DNA from: an uncultured Muribaculaceae bacterium
GTDB lineage: Bacteria; Bacillota_I; Bacilli_A; RF39; UBA660
Direction: 5' to 3'
Length of the DNA stretch: 24,601 nt
Assembly: GCA_964424005.1 (NCBI GenBank)
Contig: CAYRHA010000001.1
Coordinates: 1 to 24,601, forward strand
Part shown: positions 9,248 to 18,105 of the stretch, piece after piece
How the letters are laid out: the number at the start of each line of letters is the position of its first letter
Numbering within the stretch: position 1 is the first letter of the stretch
Notes under the pieces: generated by a model
Database searches by the model: none
Told to the model about the DNA's origin: nothing
Seen by the model: only the letters and a program-made list of their open reading frames with translations
Made by a program: the position numbers and the translations under genes

Positions 9248-9831
9248 ATAAAATCTAAATATTTCTCAATTGTAGATTGAACTTCTTTCTTACCATCTTT
9301 CGTAATACTAGAAAATAGTATAAGTTCATCTTCAACAATACTTAAAGTCTCCATTATAACTTTCTTTTGTTTTTCTTTTTGATTAACTGATATTTTATCC
9401 ATCTTTGTTGCTATTACTTTAACTTTTAATTTGTAATATTTCAAGAAATTATACATAAGCACATCATCTTCAGATGGTTTATGTCTTGAATCTACAAGCA
9501 TAAAGACTTCTTTTAAACACTTTCTGTTTTCAAGATAGTCCTCAATCATCTTGCCAAATTTCATTTGTTTTAATTTATCTGTACTTGCATATCCATATCC
9601 AGGAACATCTACAATATAAAAATCTTTATTTACTAAATAAAAATTTAATGTTTGAGTCTTACCCGGTTTACTTGATACCCTTGCAAAGTTCTTTCTATTA
9701 ATCAATACATTTACAAAGCTACTCTTACCTACATTTGAACGTCCTACAACTAGGAATTCAGGTAAAGAATCATTTGGATATTGACTTTGTCTTACAGCAA
9801 CCGACGGTAACTCAACGCTAGTTATTTTCAT
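9238..9831 (-). CDS. engB: GTP-binding protein EngB/YsxC/YihA
   Basis: GRSNVGKSS, SSKPGKTQ, DVPGYG, TKMDK, FSS. Confidence 0.95.
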   Translation of the reverse strand: MKITSVELPSVAVRQSQYPNDSLPEFLVVGRSNVGKSSFVNVLINRKNFARVSSKPGKTQTLNFYLVNKDFYIVDVPGYGYASTDKLKQMKFGKMIEDYLENRKCLKEVFMLVDSRHKPSEDDVLMYNFLKYYKLKVKVIATKMDKISVNQKEKQKKVIMETLSIVEDELILFSSITKDGKKEVQSTIEKYLDFIDD

Positions 9832-9846
9832 AATATCACCAAATGA

Positions 9847-9875
9847 ATTATAGCAAATACAATAGCTATTTGCAA
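9847..9875 (-). promoter_or_regulatory. sigma70 promoter of engB
   Basis: TTGCAA (9875-9870), 17 bp, TATAAT (9852-9847) with TG extension. Confidence 0.7.
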
Positions 9876-9876
9876 A

Positions 9877-10836
9877 TTATTCACTTTTCGCTTCTTCCTT
9901 ATACTTTTTACATAATTCATCCATCTTACTAACTATTTCATCTACTTTATCAAAATTTTCAATCTTGATACCGCTTGCTTGTTTATGCCCTCCACCACCA
10001 TATTGATTAGCAACTTCATTAATAATTGGTCCTCTAGATCTAAGAGATACCCTTACTAAGTTTTGTTTAACATCCTCAGAGAAAGTAGCCCATACTAATA
10101 ATTCGTCTATGTAAGTAAAGTTATTTACCATATTACCTGCACTAGCAGCATCTACTCCAAATTCTTTAATCATACTATCAGTTATTAGTATATATCCAAA
10201 ACCATTTTCAGTTATCTTCATATTTTGAGATATAAATCCTTGTAGCTTAAGTTCACTAATACTCCTCATATACAATTTACCATATATATCAGATGTATCT
10301 ATTTTATAGTTCTCCATTAAATCTGCAGCAACTTTTAATGTATATGGTGTTGAATAACTAAATAGGAATCTATTTGTATCAGTAATAATTCCCATAAATA
10401 TTCTTTCTGCAGCATATTTAGTTAGTTCAAATTTTGTATTCTTACACAAATCATATATCATTTGACAAACACTTGAAGCATTATCTTCTATCCATTCATA
10501 CTCACAAAACTTCTCATCAAAAGGATGATGATCTATCTTTAAAGTACATGCAAAATCATCCATAGATTCAATATCTACTCTTCTTTTAATTGGTGTGTCT
10601 AATACAATTAATAATGATTCTTTGTTGATAATTGGATCAACTTTATCAAGTTCTCCAATAAATCTAAATTTTGCAGAACCAGAACCTACTGCATATACCT
10701 TCTTATTTGGAAATAAATTTAATATAATGCTTTTTAATGCAATTTGAGATCCATAGGCATCAGGATCAACACCTACATGTCTTGCAATAACAATACTGTC
10801 ATATTTTTTAATTAGCTTAAATATTTCTTTATACAT
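9877..10836 (-). CDS. nrnA: DHH-family bifunctional oligoribonuclease/pAp phosphatase
   Basis: RHVGVDPDAYGS, VLDT, IDHH, DTNRF, DHHA1 GGGHKQASG. Confidence 0.9.
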   Translation of the reverse strand: MYKEIFKLIKKYDSIVIARHVGVDPDAYGSQIALKSIILNLFPNKKVYAVGSGSAKFRFIGELDKVDPIINKESLLIVLDTPIKRRVDIESMDDFACTLKIDHHPFDEKFCEYEWIEDNASSVCQMIYDLCKNTKFELTKYAAERIFMGIITDTNRFLFSYSTPYTLKVAADLMENYKIDTSDIYGKLYMRSISELKLQGFISQNMKITENGFGYILITDSMIKEFGVDAASAGNMVNNFTYIDELLVWATFSEDVKQNLVRVSLRSRGPIINEVANQYGGGGHKQASGIKIENFDKVDEIVSKMDELCKKYKEEAKSE

Positions 10837-10840
10837 CTCA

Positions 10841-12022
10841 TTACCTTTCTATCAATTCATATGTTTCTTTTGCTATCATTAATTCTTCATCTGTTGGAAT
10901 AACATAGCACAAAACACTAGAATTCTCACTAGATATTTTCTTTAACTCTCCCCTTATCTCATTTGCCTTCTCATCAACATATATTCCCAAACAATTTAAT
11001 CTATCAATGATATCTTTTCTTATTTTAGGTGTCATTTCTCCAATACCTGCTGAAAAGACAATTACATCTGCTTTGTTTAATAAAGTGTAGTAATAAGAAA
11101 TATATGAAACAACTCTTTCAACAAACATTTTTTCTGCAAGCAAACATCTCTTATTATCGTGCTCAATACCATTTATGATATCTCTGGAATCAGAACTTAG
11201 TCCACTAACTCCTAGAAAACCACTTTTATTGTTTAAGTCATACATTACTTCATCTATTGTCTTGTTAGCGTTTTTCATAATATATGGAATAATAGTTGGA
11301 TCAATATCACCACATCTAGTACCCATCATTACTCCAGATAATGGAGTAAATCCTAATGAATTAGCAATACTCTTTTTATCTTTTATTGCAGATATACTTA
11401 CTCCATTTCCAAGATGACAAGTTATAATCTTTAAATTATCATTACCAACTATTTCACAAATCTTATCAGCTAAATACTGATGACTAATTCCGTGAAATCC
11501 ATATTTTCTAACTTTATATTGCTCATACCATTCATAAGGTAATGGATAAACATGTTGTTCTTGAGATATAGTTTGATGAAATGCAGTATCAAAAACAGCT
11601 ACATTTTTAGAATCAGGTAATATACCTTTAACAACTTTAATACCTAATAAATTAGCTGGATTATGTAAGGGCGCTAAAGAAACAAATGATTCTATATCAT
11701 TAATTACTTTTTCATCTATTAATACAGAGCAAAAGTATTTATCTCCGCCTTGAACAACTCTATGACCTATCCCTTCAATCTCGTTGTAATTTAAAATTAC
11801 TTTCATATCTACTAATTCTTTTAAAAATGATTTTAAAGCATCAGAATGATCTTTTAAAACCACCTGTTTAACAATTTTTTCAGAATTATAATTAATTGTA
11901 TAAATACTGTTATCTAAACCTATTCTCTCATATCTAGCTGCGACTAAAACATCCCCTTTAGGCATATCAAATAATTTAAATTTAACACTTGAACTTCCTG
12001 CATTTACTGATAATATCTTCAT
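10841..12022 (-). CDS. ackA: Acetate kinase
   Basis: NAGSSS, HRVVQGG, PLHNP, FDTAFH, YGFHG, HLGNG, MGTRCGDIDP, AGIGE, TDEELMIA; start set at MKIL (12022). Confidence 0.96.
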   Translation of the reverse strand: MKILSVNAGSSSVKFKLFDMPKGDVLVAARYERIGLDNSIYTINYNSEKIVKQVVLKDHSDALKSFLKELVDMKVILNYNEIEGIGHRVVQGGDKYFCSVLIDEKVINDIESFVSLAPLHNPANLLGIKVVKGILPDSKNVAVFDTAFHQTISQEQHVYPLPYEWYEQYKVRKYGFHGISHQYLADKICEIVGNDNLKIITCHLGNGVSISAIKDKKSIANSLGFTPLSGVMMGTRCGDIDPTIIPYIMKNANKTIDEVMYDLNNKSGFLGVSGLSSDSRDIINGIEHDNKRCLLAEKMFVERVVSYISYYYTLLNKADVIVFSAGIGEMTPKIRKDIIDRLNCLGIYVDEKANEIRGELKKISSENSSVLCYVIPTDEELMIAKETYELIER

Positions 12023-12081
12023 ATAAACCAACTTTCTAAATTTGAATAACCAAACAAAAAATGATTGTTCAATCATATAAA

Positions 12082-12090
12082 ATTATAGCA
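12082..12090 (-). promoter_or_regulatory. Extended -10 promoter of ackA-nrnA
   Basis: TGC-TATAAT on the minus strand. Confidence 0.5.
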
Positions 12091-12091
12091 T

Positions 12092-12117
12092 AAAAAAAGA
12101 TGTGTTACACATCTTTT
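12092..12117 (-). terminator. Terminator of the DUF1292/coiled-coil unit
   Basis: AAAAGATGTG-tta-CACATCTTTT perfect stem with a T run on the minus strand. Confidence 0.8.
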
Positions 12118-13150
12118 AAATATTTGCTTTGCTTTTTTCTTCAGTAGGTGTAACTTGTTCTGATCCCCTTGATATAGTTGCCATCAAATAATTCATTAAT
12201 TTAGTTTCTTTATCTTTATATTGTTTTTTATAAAATTCTTCTATAGACGTTTTTTCATTTTCCTTAGCTTGTAAATCTTCGACAAACTTAACTTGCATTT
12301 TTTCTTTTTCAGAAGCAATTATTTGCAAATCACGTTCTAAGCCTTGTTTGTCTAATTGCAATTTTTCAACTTGATTAATTAATGAACCGTTTTCCAATTT
12401 AACAGTTCTTACTTCATCCTTTAATAATCCGTTGTTGTCTTTAAATTTTATAACTTCTTTTTTTAAGTTTTCTAATTGCTTTTTATATTCAATGTTTTCA
12501 TTAACAATATTAGTTGCTTGCGCAATAATTTCATCAAACTTATATTCTTCTTTTTCAGGCTCTTTTGTATTTTCAGTTACTGACATTTCTAAAGGTTGTT
12601 TTTCTTCTTTTTTAACTTCAATAGTTGGTTCAGTTGGCACTTCTATAGATTGAACATTTTCTTCGTTTACCTTTTCAGATAATTTACTAATTTCACTATA
12701 ATCAAAACCAGCACTGATTTCTTCTTTTGGTTTCGGTCCAAATATAGTTGCCCAACCTCTGTTAAGACTTAAAGCAAAATTTTCTGGAGTTAAAGCCATT
12801 CTTGGCCTGGAAGAATTCGATAAAACTCTGTTATAACCTGCTTCTTTTAGTTCATATGTCTTGATCTCTTCTGCTTTTTTTTCTGCATATTTATTATCTT
12901 TTGTTGGTTCATCACCACTTAAATCAATCGGTCCTTCTGGCAATTGTTCTTCTTGTTGTTTAGTGAAAATAAAACTAGGTTTTGACGAACTAAATATTCT
13001 ATCAAAGACCTCTTTCAAGAGTTCTATAACTGATAATTTAGTTTTTACCACTCTCTCAGAATTCAATTTTTCAACAGTAATTTTTGGCAAATTTTTTGAT
13101 AATTCTCTGCTAATTTCGTAAGGCAAATTTGCTCCCATTGTGTTTTCCAT
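12116..13150 (-). CDS. Hypothetical soluble protein with a long C-terminal coiled coil
   Basis: 344 aa ORF, SD GGAGG, Glu/Lys-rich heptad pattern in the C-terminal third, no TM; no family recognised. Confidence 0.75.
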   Translation of the reverse strand: MENTMGANLPYEISRELSKNLPKITVEKLNSERVVKTKLSVIELLKEVFDRIFSSSKPSFIFTKQQEEQLPEGPIDLSGDEPTKDNKYAEKKAEEIKTYELKEAGYNRVLSNSSRPRMALTPENFALSLNRGWATIFGPKPKEEISAGFDYSEISKLSEKVNEENVQSIEVPTEPTIEVKKEEKQPLEMSVTENTKEPEKEEYKFDEIIAQATNIVNENIEYKKQLENLKKEVIKFKDNNGLLKDEVRTVKLENGSLINQVEKLQLDKQGLERDLQIIASEKEKMQVKFVEDLQAKENEKTSIEEFYKKQYKDKETKLMNYLMATISRGSEQVTPTEEKSKANI

Positions 13151-13169
13151 ATAAAAACCTCCAATTAAT

Positions 13170-13451
13170 TTATTCTTGTACTTCTTGTCCTGATTTTGCT
13201 ATTTGCTTCATTACTTCTTTTACACTAATCCATTCTTCATCAGAATCAATTGTTTCAAATGAATATGATTCTCCATTATCAACTAATCTAGATGAATATA
13301 TCTTTATCATATTATTTTCATCTACTTCATTCAAAGTATAAAGAACATATTCTTTATCTGTTTCTTTTAGTTTAAAAATTATAAGTAATTCTGCTTCTGT
13401 CTCTGATCCATCTTCATTCACAACGATTAATTTCTTTTTGTTTTCTTCCAT
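13170..13451 (-). CDS. DUF1292 (YrzB-like) protein
   Basis: Acidic ~93 aa, pattern EDG-E...F...KEYVLY...DEEW typical of DUF1292; ATG at 13451 after SD AGGTG. Confidence 0.75.
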   Translation of the reverse strand: MEENKKKLIVVNEDGSETEAELLIIFKLKETDKEYVLYTLNEVDENNMIKIYSSRLVDNGESYSFETIDSDEEWISVKEVMKQIAKSGQEVQE

Positions 13452-13487
13452 AATCACACCTCTTTTATTCTTTTTTATTACAGATTT

Positions 13488-13496
13488 ATTATAACA
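13488..13496 (-). promoter_or_regulatory. Extended -10 promoter of the DUF1292 gene
   Basis: TGT-TATAAT on the minus strand. Confidence 0.45.
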
Positions 13497-13499
13497 CCT

Positions 13500-13793
13500 T
13501 TATTTATTTTTGTATACTCTTTTTATAACAAAATATTTGCAATTATAAGCACAGTTTTCACTAATATATTTTTGTAAATTCTTAATGTTATTTAAATCTC
13601 TATTCATTTGGTTTTTGTCTTCACAAAAACCCTTCAATCTCATCTTGCCATATGCCCAATCACCAACAATATAATCATAGTTATAAAAATAATCAGTATA
13701 TTTCTTTTTCAATTCATCAAGATCAAATCCACCTTTAATGTCATCTATTAATTCATATTCTTTATCCTCTAATAATATACTCTTGTTTTCCAT
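13500..13793 (-). CDS. yutD: YutD-like (DUF1027) protein
   Basis: YDYIVGDWAYGKMRLKGF and ENCAYNCKYF motifs; SD GGAGG before ATG 13793. Confidence 0.85.
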   Translation of the reverse strand: MENKSILLEDKEYELIDDIKGGFDLDELKKKYTDYFYNYDYIVGDWAYGKMRLKGFCEDKNQMNRDLNNIKNLQKYISENCAYNCKYFVIKRVYKNK

Positions 13794-13837
13794 AAATTCC
13801 TCCATTATTTGTTAATAATAATATAACATAAATAAAT

Positions 13838-13860
13838 AAAAAAAGCATTATAAATGCTTT
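13838..13860 (-). terminator. Terminator of the tail-anchored protein gene
   Basis: AAAAGCATT-ata-AATGCTTTT stem with a T run on the minus strand. Confidence 0.7.
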
Positions 13861-14635
13861 ATAGAATTAATATTATAAATACTAGTACAAGTAAAATTAA
13901 AGCAACTAGTATACCAATAGTAATTTTGAATATTAAGTTACCTTTTTCTTTTGGTTTTGATAAATCTTCTTCAAAATCTTCTTTTTTAAATGAATCATCT
14001 GATGCAAAGAATTCATTATCTTTCTTTTCAATATCATCTAATTTAAGATTCTCTTCTTTTATTATTGCGGTTGTATTTTCTTCGTCGGTTTCTTCTCTTA
14101 AGTCTGCAAAAAAATCTAAATTTGTTTTTGCAAAAGTTGATAGTTCTCCCTTTTCTTTAACAATTGTGTTTATTAATTCTTTTAATTGATCTTCTTTCTC
14201 TTCATTTGATATTTCTTCATTGTGTTCAGAGTTAACATTTAGATCTTTTAATATATCGTATTGAGTATTAGAAATCTTTCTAATCTTATCTTCATCAAAT
14301 TCACTATTTTGATTGCTTTTCTTCTTTTCAATGATCTCATTAATATCATAGTTTTTAGAATCAATCTCATCTAAATCATATCTAGTATTTAGTTTGTTAT
14401 CCTCTTTAGAATCATTGGTAATACTTTGATATTGTCTTAATTTCTTATAATCTTCTCTGTTACTAATCATTTCTTTTATTTTATTTATATCTATTTCATT
14501 AACATTATCAATAACCGTTACATTACTCTCAGGTTCTTTTCTTTGTGTATATATTTCATCATACAAAGATGAATTCCTATCAGTTCTTTTTGGTGTATCC
14601 ATTGATTCTGAATACTTTTCCATCCTAGATTTCAT
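13859..14635 (-). CDS. Hypothetical acidic protein with a single C-terminal TM helix
   Basis: 258 aa, Asp/Glu/Asn/Lys-rich, ends in a ~25-residue hydrophobic run; SD AGGCGGTGA. Confidence 0.78.
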   Translation of the reverse strand: MKSRMEKYSESMDTPKRTDRNSSLYDEIYTQRKEPESNVTVIDNVNEIDINKIKEMISNREDYKKLRQYQSITNDSKEDNKLNTRYDLDEIDSKNYDINEIIEKKKSNQNSEFDEDKIRKISNTQYDILKDLNVNSEHNEEISNEEKEDQLKELINTIVKEKGELSTFAKTNLDFFADLREETDEENTTAIIKEENLKLDDIEKKDNEFFASDDSFKKEDFEEDLSKPKEKGNLIFKITIGILVALILLVLVFIILIL

Positions 14636-14691
14636 GTAATCACCGCCTAAAATAATGATAACATATTTTTACGTTTTTTTAAATATTATAA

Positions 14692-14720
14692 TTGATTTTT
14701 TAAGTCAATATATATATAAT
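14692..14720 (+). promoter_or_regulatory. sigma70 promoter of ferredoxin
   Basis: TTGATT (14692-14697), 17 bp, TATAAT (14715-14720); a back-to-back TTGACT lies on the minus strand at 14708-14703. Confidence 0.65.
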
Positions 14721-14739
14721 CTCTTTTGGGTGGTGAAAT

Positions 14740-14934
14740 ATGACATTAAATGTTGATAAAGAAAAATGTATTGGATGTGGAGCATGTGTTGCTCTATCAA
14801 ATGAATTATTTGATTTTGATGAAAATGGCTTAGCTTATGCTAAAAAAATTGAATTAACAAAAGAATTAGAAAAGGTTACTGTTGAAGCAATTGAGAATTG
14901 TCCTACCGAGGCAATAGTAAAAAAAGAATTGTAA
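14740..14934 (+). CDS. fer: Single-cluster [4Fe-4S]/[3Fe-4S] ferredoxin
   Basis: 64 aa; CIGCGAC and distal CPTEAI. Confidence 0.9.
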   Translation: MTLNVDKEKCIGCGACVALSNELFDFDENGLAYAKKIELTKELEKVTVEAIENCPTEAIVKKEL

Positions 14935-14946
14935 AAATTCTTTTTT
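14920..14946. terminator. Bidirectional terminator between fer and rluB
   Basis: AAAAAAGAATT-gtaaa-AATTCTTTTTT perfect 11 bp stem with only one G:C pair. Confidence 0.6.
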
Positions 14947-15658
14947 ATTTTATCAAACTATATAGTTTCTTTATTTCTTTTGGTGTTATCTTTCTATATT
15001 CACCTGATTTTAAGCCTTCTAAAGTTAAAAATTCAATTCTTTCTCTTTTAAGCTTCTCAATTAAATATCCGATTGATTCAAACATAGTCTTAATTTCGTG
15101 ATTTTTACCATCATGTATAATAATTTCAACAATAGAAGTACTTTTTGTTTTATCAACTTTTCTTAATTTAACTCTATTTGGAATACATCTTCTTTTATCT
15201 ATTACAACACCTAATTTTAATTTTCTAATAACATCTCCGTTAACTATTCCTTTAACTTTAACAATATAGACCTTTTCTAATTCATTTTTAGGATGAGTTA
15301 ATAAATTTGCAAGTTCCCCATCATTAGTCACTATAATTGCACCATCAGTATCATAATCTAGTCTTCCAACAGGATATAATCTTTTATCAGAATCAAAATA
15401 ATCTAAAATGGTTTTTCTGTTTTTGTCATCGGAAGTCGAACTAATTACTCCTCTTGGTTTATAAAACAAATAGTGTTCTTTCTCTTCTTTAACTAATTTT
15501 TCTCCATCAATAATAATAGTGTCACTTACATTTGCTTTAGATCCAAGAACGCTTACAATAGAGCCATTTACAGATACTTTGCCCATCTTTATTAATTGCT
15601 CTGCTTTTCTTCTAGAACAATAACCGGATTCTGCTATAATTTTTTGTAGTCTTTCCAT
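14945..15658 (-). CDS. rluB: rRNA pseudouridine synthase, RsuA/RluB family
   Basis: S4 domain RLQKIIA...SRRKAE, catalytic GRLDYDT, LKRERI. Confidence 0.88.
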   Translation of the reverse strand: MERLQKIIAESGYCSRRKAEQLIKMGKVSVNGSIVSVLGSKANVSDTIIIDGEKLVKEEKEHYLFYKPRGVISSTSDDKNRKTILDYFDSDKRLYPVGRLDYDTDGAIIVTNDGELANLLTHPKNELEKVYIVKVKGIVNGDVIRKLKLGVVIDKRRCIPNRVKLRKVDKTKSTSIVEIIIHDGKNHEIKTMFESIGYLIEKLKRERIEFLTLEGLKSGEYRKITPKEIKKLYSLIK

Positions 15659-15802
15659 TTAAATCACCGCACTCATTATATAACAATAATCTTAAATAAT
15701 CTATACATGTTTTTTACATTAATTTAAAGAAATAGTAAATATCATATTTAATATTAACTAATTAAATGCTAAAATATAGTTATTATAGAGAGGGGTTATA
15801 CT

Positions 15803-16570
15803 ATGTTTGAAAATAAAGTAGCAATAATAACAGGTGCTGGTGGTGGAATTGGCAAGGCGGTAGCTAAAATATTAAATGAAAGCGGAGTTAAATTAGCGTT
15901 AGTAGATGTTTCTGTTGAATCTTTAACGGAACTTTCAAAAGCATTAAATCTGAACAAAGACAACTCGTTGTTGTTAAAAGCTGATGTATCAAGAGAAGAT
16001 AATGTAAAATATTATGTTGATAAAACAATTGAAAAATTTGGGAAGATAGATATATTTGTGAATAATGCTGGTGTAGAAGGTAAAGTGGCTAGTATTATGG
16101 AAACAAATAAAGAGGATCTTGATTTTGTATTAAATGTAAATGTTAAAGGTGTTTATTATGGATTGAAGTATGTAATGGCAGAGATGATGAAGAACAAAAA
16201 TGGAAGTATAATTAATACTTCTTCTGTTGCAGGTTTTATGGGTTCTCCAGGGCTTTGTCCTTATGTAGCGTCAAAGCATGCAGTAATTGGTATAACAAAA
16301 ACTGCAGCATTAGAAGGTGCACCATTAAATATTAGAGTAAATGCAATATGTCCAGGACCAGTAGATAATAGAATGATGAGATCAATTGAAGATGGCTCTC
16401 TTCCAGGAAATGGTGATGCAGTTAAAAATGAATTTTTAAAAATGATCCCGCTAGGTAGATATGCATCAAATGAAGATGTTGCAAAATTAATAGTATTCTT
16501 AGCATCAGATGATGCTACATATATAACAGGTCAAGCATATAGAATTGATGGAGGAATGAACGCAAAATAA
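15803..16570 (+). CDS. Classical SDR oxidoreductase, probably NAD(H)-dependent; substrate unknown
   Basis: TGAGGGIG, Asp at the end of beta2 (LVD), NNAG, catalytic YVASK, NAICPG, IDGG. Confidence 0.9.
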   Translation: MFENKVAIITGAGGGIGKAVAKILNESGVKLALVDVSVESLTELSKALNLNKDNSLLLKADVSREDNVKYYVDKTIEKFGKIDIFVNNAGVEGKVASIMETNKEDLDFVLNVNVKGVYYGLKYVMAEMMKNKNGSIINTSSVAGFMGSPGLCPYVASKHAVIGITKTAALEGAPLNIRVNAICPGPVDNRMMRSIEDGSLPGNGDAVKNEFLKMIPLGRYASNEDVAKLIVFLASDDATYITGQAYRIDGGMNAK

Positions 16571-16598
16571 AAGAAACTTTAAATAGTTTCTTTTTTTT
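16569..16598. terminator. Bidirectional terminator between SDR and asnS
   Basis: AAAAGAAACT-ttaaat-AGTTTCTTTT followed by a T run. Confidence 0.75.
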
Positions 16599-16601
16599 GT
16601 T

Positions 16602-17972
16602 TTAAAATTCACAGTTTCCTGGTGTTCTTGGAAATGGCAATACATCTCTTATATTTTCTACACCTGTTACATATATTAATAATCTTTCAAATCCCATTCC
16701 AAATCCACCGTGTTTTACACCACCAAATAATCTTAGATTTATATACCATTCTAATTCTTCTTTAATAATGTTTTTCTCTTCTATCATTCTAATTAAATAA
16801 TCATATCTCTCTTCTCTTTGTGATCCACCCATTAGCTCTCCTGCTCCTGGCACTAATAAGTCAACAGCTGCAACTGTTTTTTTATCTTCATTTAATCTCA
16901 TATAGAATGCTTTTATATCTTTTGGCCAGTCTTTTACAAATACTGGTGATTTAAAATGTTCCTCTGTTAAATACTTTTCATGTTCTTTTGCTAAATCACT
17001 ATTGTAACTTGGCTTGTTTTCAAATTCTTTTCCAGAATTTAATAATATATCTATTACTTCTTTATGTGTTACTCTTATTGCTTTACTATTTAATAAGTCT
17101 TTTAGTTTTGATATTATACCTGGTTCTACAAGCTTATCAAAGAATTTCATTTCTTCTTTTGCATTCTCTAAAATATACTTTACTATATACTTTAAAAAAT
17201 CTTCTTCTATATCCATTACACCATCTAAATCACAGAAAGCAATTTCTGGTTCTATCATCCAAAATTCAGAAGCATGTGTCTTTGTATTTGAATTCTCTGC
17301 TCTAAAGGTTGGTCCAAATGTATAAACTCTCTTAAATGCTAATGCAAAAGCTTCTGCTTGCAATTGACCAGAAACAGTTAATGATGTCTTTTTACCAAAA
17401 AAGTCTTTTGAATAGTCTAATTTACCCTTTATGTTGTCAATATCAAGTGTAGTTACTTTAAACATTTCTCCTGCACCTTCACAATCACTTCCCGTTATTA
17501 TTGGAGTATGAACATATACATAACCTTTTTCTTGAAAATAATTATGAATTGCTTGTGCTGCAATACTTCTTACTCTAAAAACTGCTTGGAATAAATTTGT
17601 TCTAGGTCTTAAGTATCCCATTTCTCTTAAAAACTCTCTTGAGTGTTGTTTTGGTTGTATAGGATATGTTTCAGGACAATCTCCTAATAAATCAATTGTT
17701 TCAAGTTGCAATTCAAAATTTTGTTCTTCTTTTGGTGATTTAATAAGTTTTCCTTTTACTCTTATTGCACTTCCAACTTTATATTTTTGAATCTCTTCAA
17801 AATTACTTAATTTATCATCATATACAATTTGTAATGTATTAAAACAAGTGCCATCAAAAAAATCAATAAAGCCAAATTCCTTTTGCTTCCTATGATTTTT
17901 AATCCATCCTTCTACAATTACATATTGATCTATATAATTCTTTTCATATAACTCTTTTACATCTAACAACAT
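16602..17972 (-). CDS. asnS: Asparagine--tRNA ligase
   Basis: OB-fold GWIKNHR, motif 2 FGPTFRAENSNT..HASEFWMIEPE, GGSQRE, motif 3 HGGFGMGFER; SD AGGAGTGA. Confidence 0.96.
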   Translation of the reverse strand: MLLDVKELYEKNYIDQYVIVEGWIKNHRKQKEFGFIDFFDGTCFNTLQIVYDDKLSNFEEIQKYKVGSAIRVKGKLIKSPKEEQNFELQLETIDLLGDCPETYPIQPKQHSREFLREMGYLRPRTNLFQAVFRVRSIAAQAIHNYFQEKGYVYVHTPIITGSDCEGAGEMFKVTTLDIDNIKGKLDYSKDFFGKKTSLTVSGQLQAEAFALAFKRVYTFGPTFRAENSNTKTHASEFWMIEPEIAFCDLDGVMDIEEDFLKYIVKYILENAKEEMKFFDKLVEPGIISKLKDLLNSKAIRVTHKEVIDILLNSGKEFENKPSYNSDLAKEHEKYLTEEHFKSPVFVKDWPKDIKAFYMRLNEDKKTVAAVDLLVPGAGELMGGSQREERYDYLIRMIEEKNIIKEELEWYINLRLFGGVKHGGFGMGFERLLIYVTGVENIRDVLPFPRTPGNCEF

Positions 17973-17993
17973 AGTATCACTCCTATTGGTTAT

Positions 17994-18002
17994 ATTATAT
18001 CA
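17994..18002 (-). promoter_or_regulatory. Extended -10 promoter of asnS
   Basis: TGA-TATAAT on the minus strand about 22 nt before the start, leaving no room for a T-box leader. Confidence 0.5.
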
Positions 18003-18061
18003 TTATTTATTTGTAATTCATTACATTTTTTGTAAAGTTTAGTGTATTTTACTTTTCATGT

Positions 18062-18090
18062 TTAACAAACATTAAAATATATTGTATAAT
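18062..18090 (+). promoter_or_regulatory. sigma70 promoter of uppP
   Basis: TTAACA (18062-18067), 17 bp, TATAAT (18085-18090). Confidence 0.6.
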
Positions 18091-18105
18091 AATAATGGTG
18101 ATTAT

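Noticed and set aside
11750-11770. AckA HRVVQGG instead of HRVVHGG
   Set aside because: The catalytic Arg and all other motifs are intact; a tolerated variant
17973-18105. T-box riboswitch upstream of asnS, and overlapping palindromes TGTAAT-TC-ATTACA / TTACA-N5-TGTAA
   Set aside because: The leader is too short and has no T-box motif; the palindromes are short, pure low-complexity AT sequence with no supporting evidence
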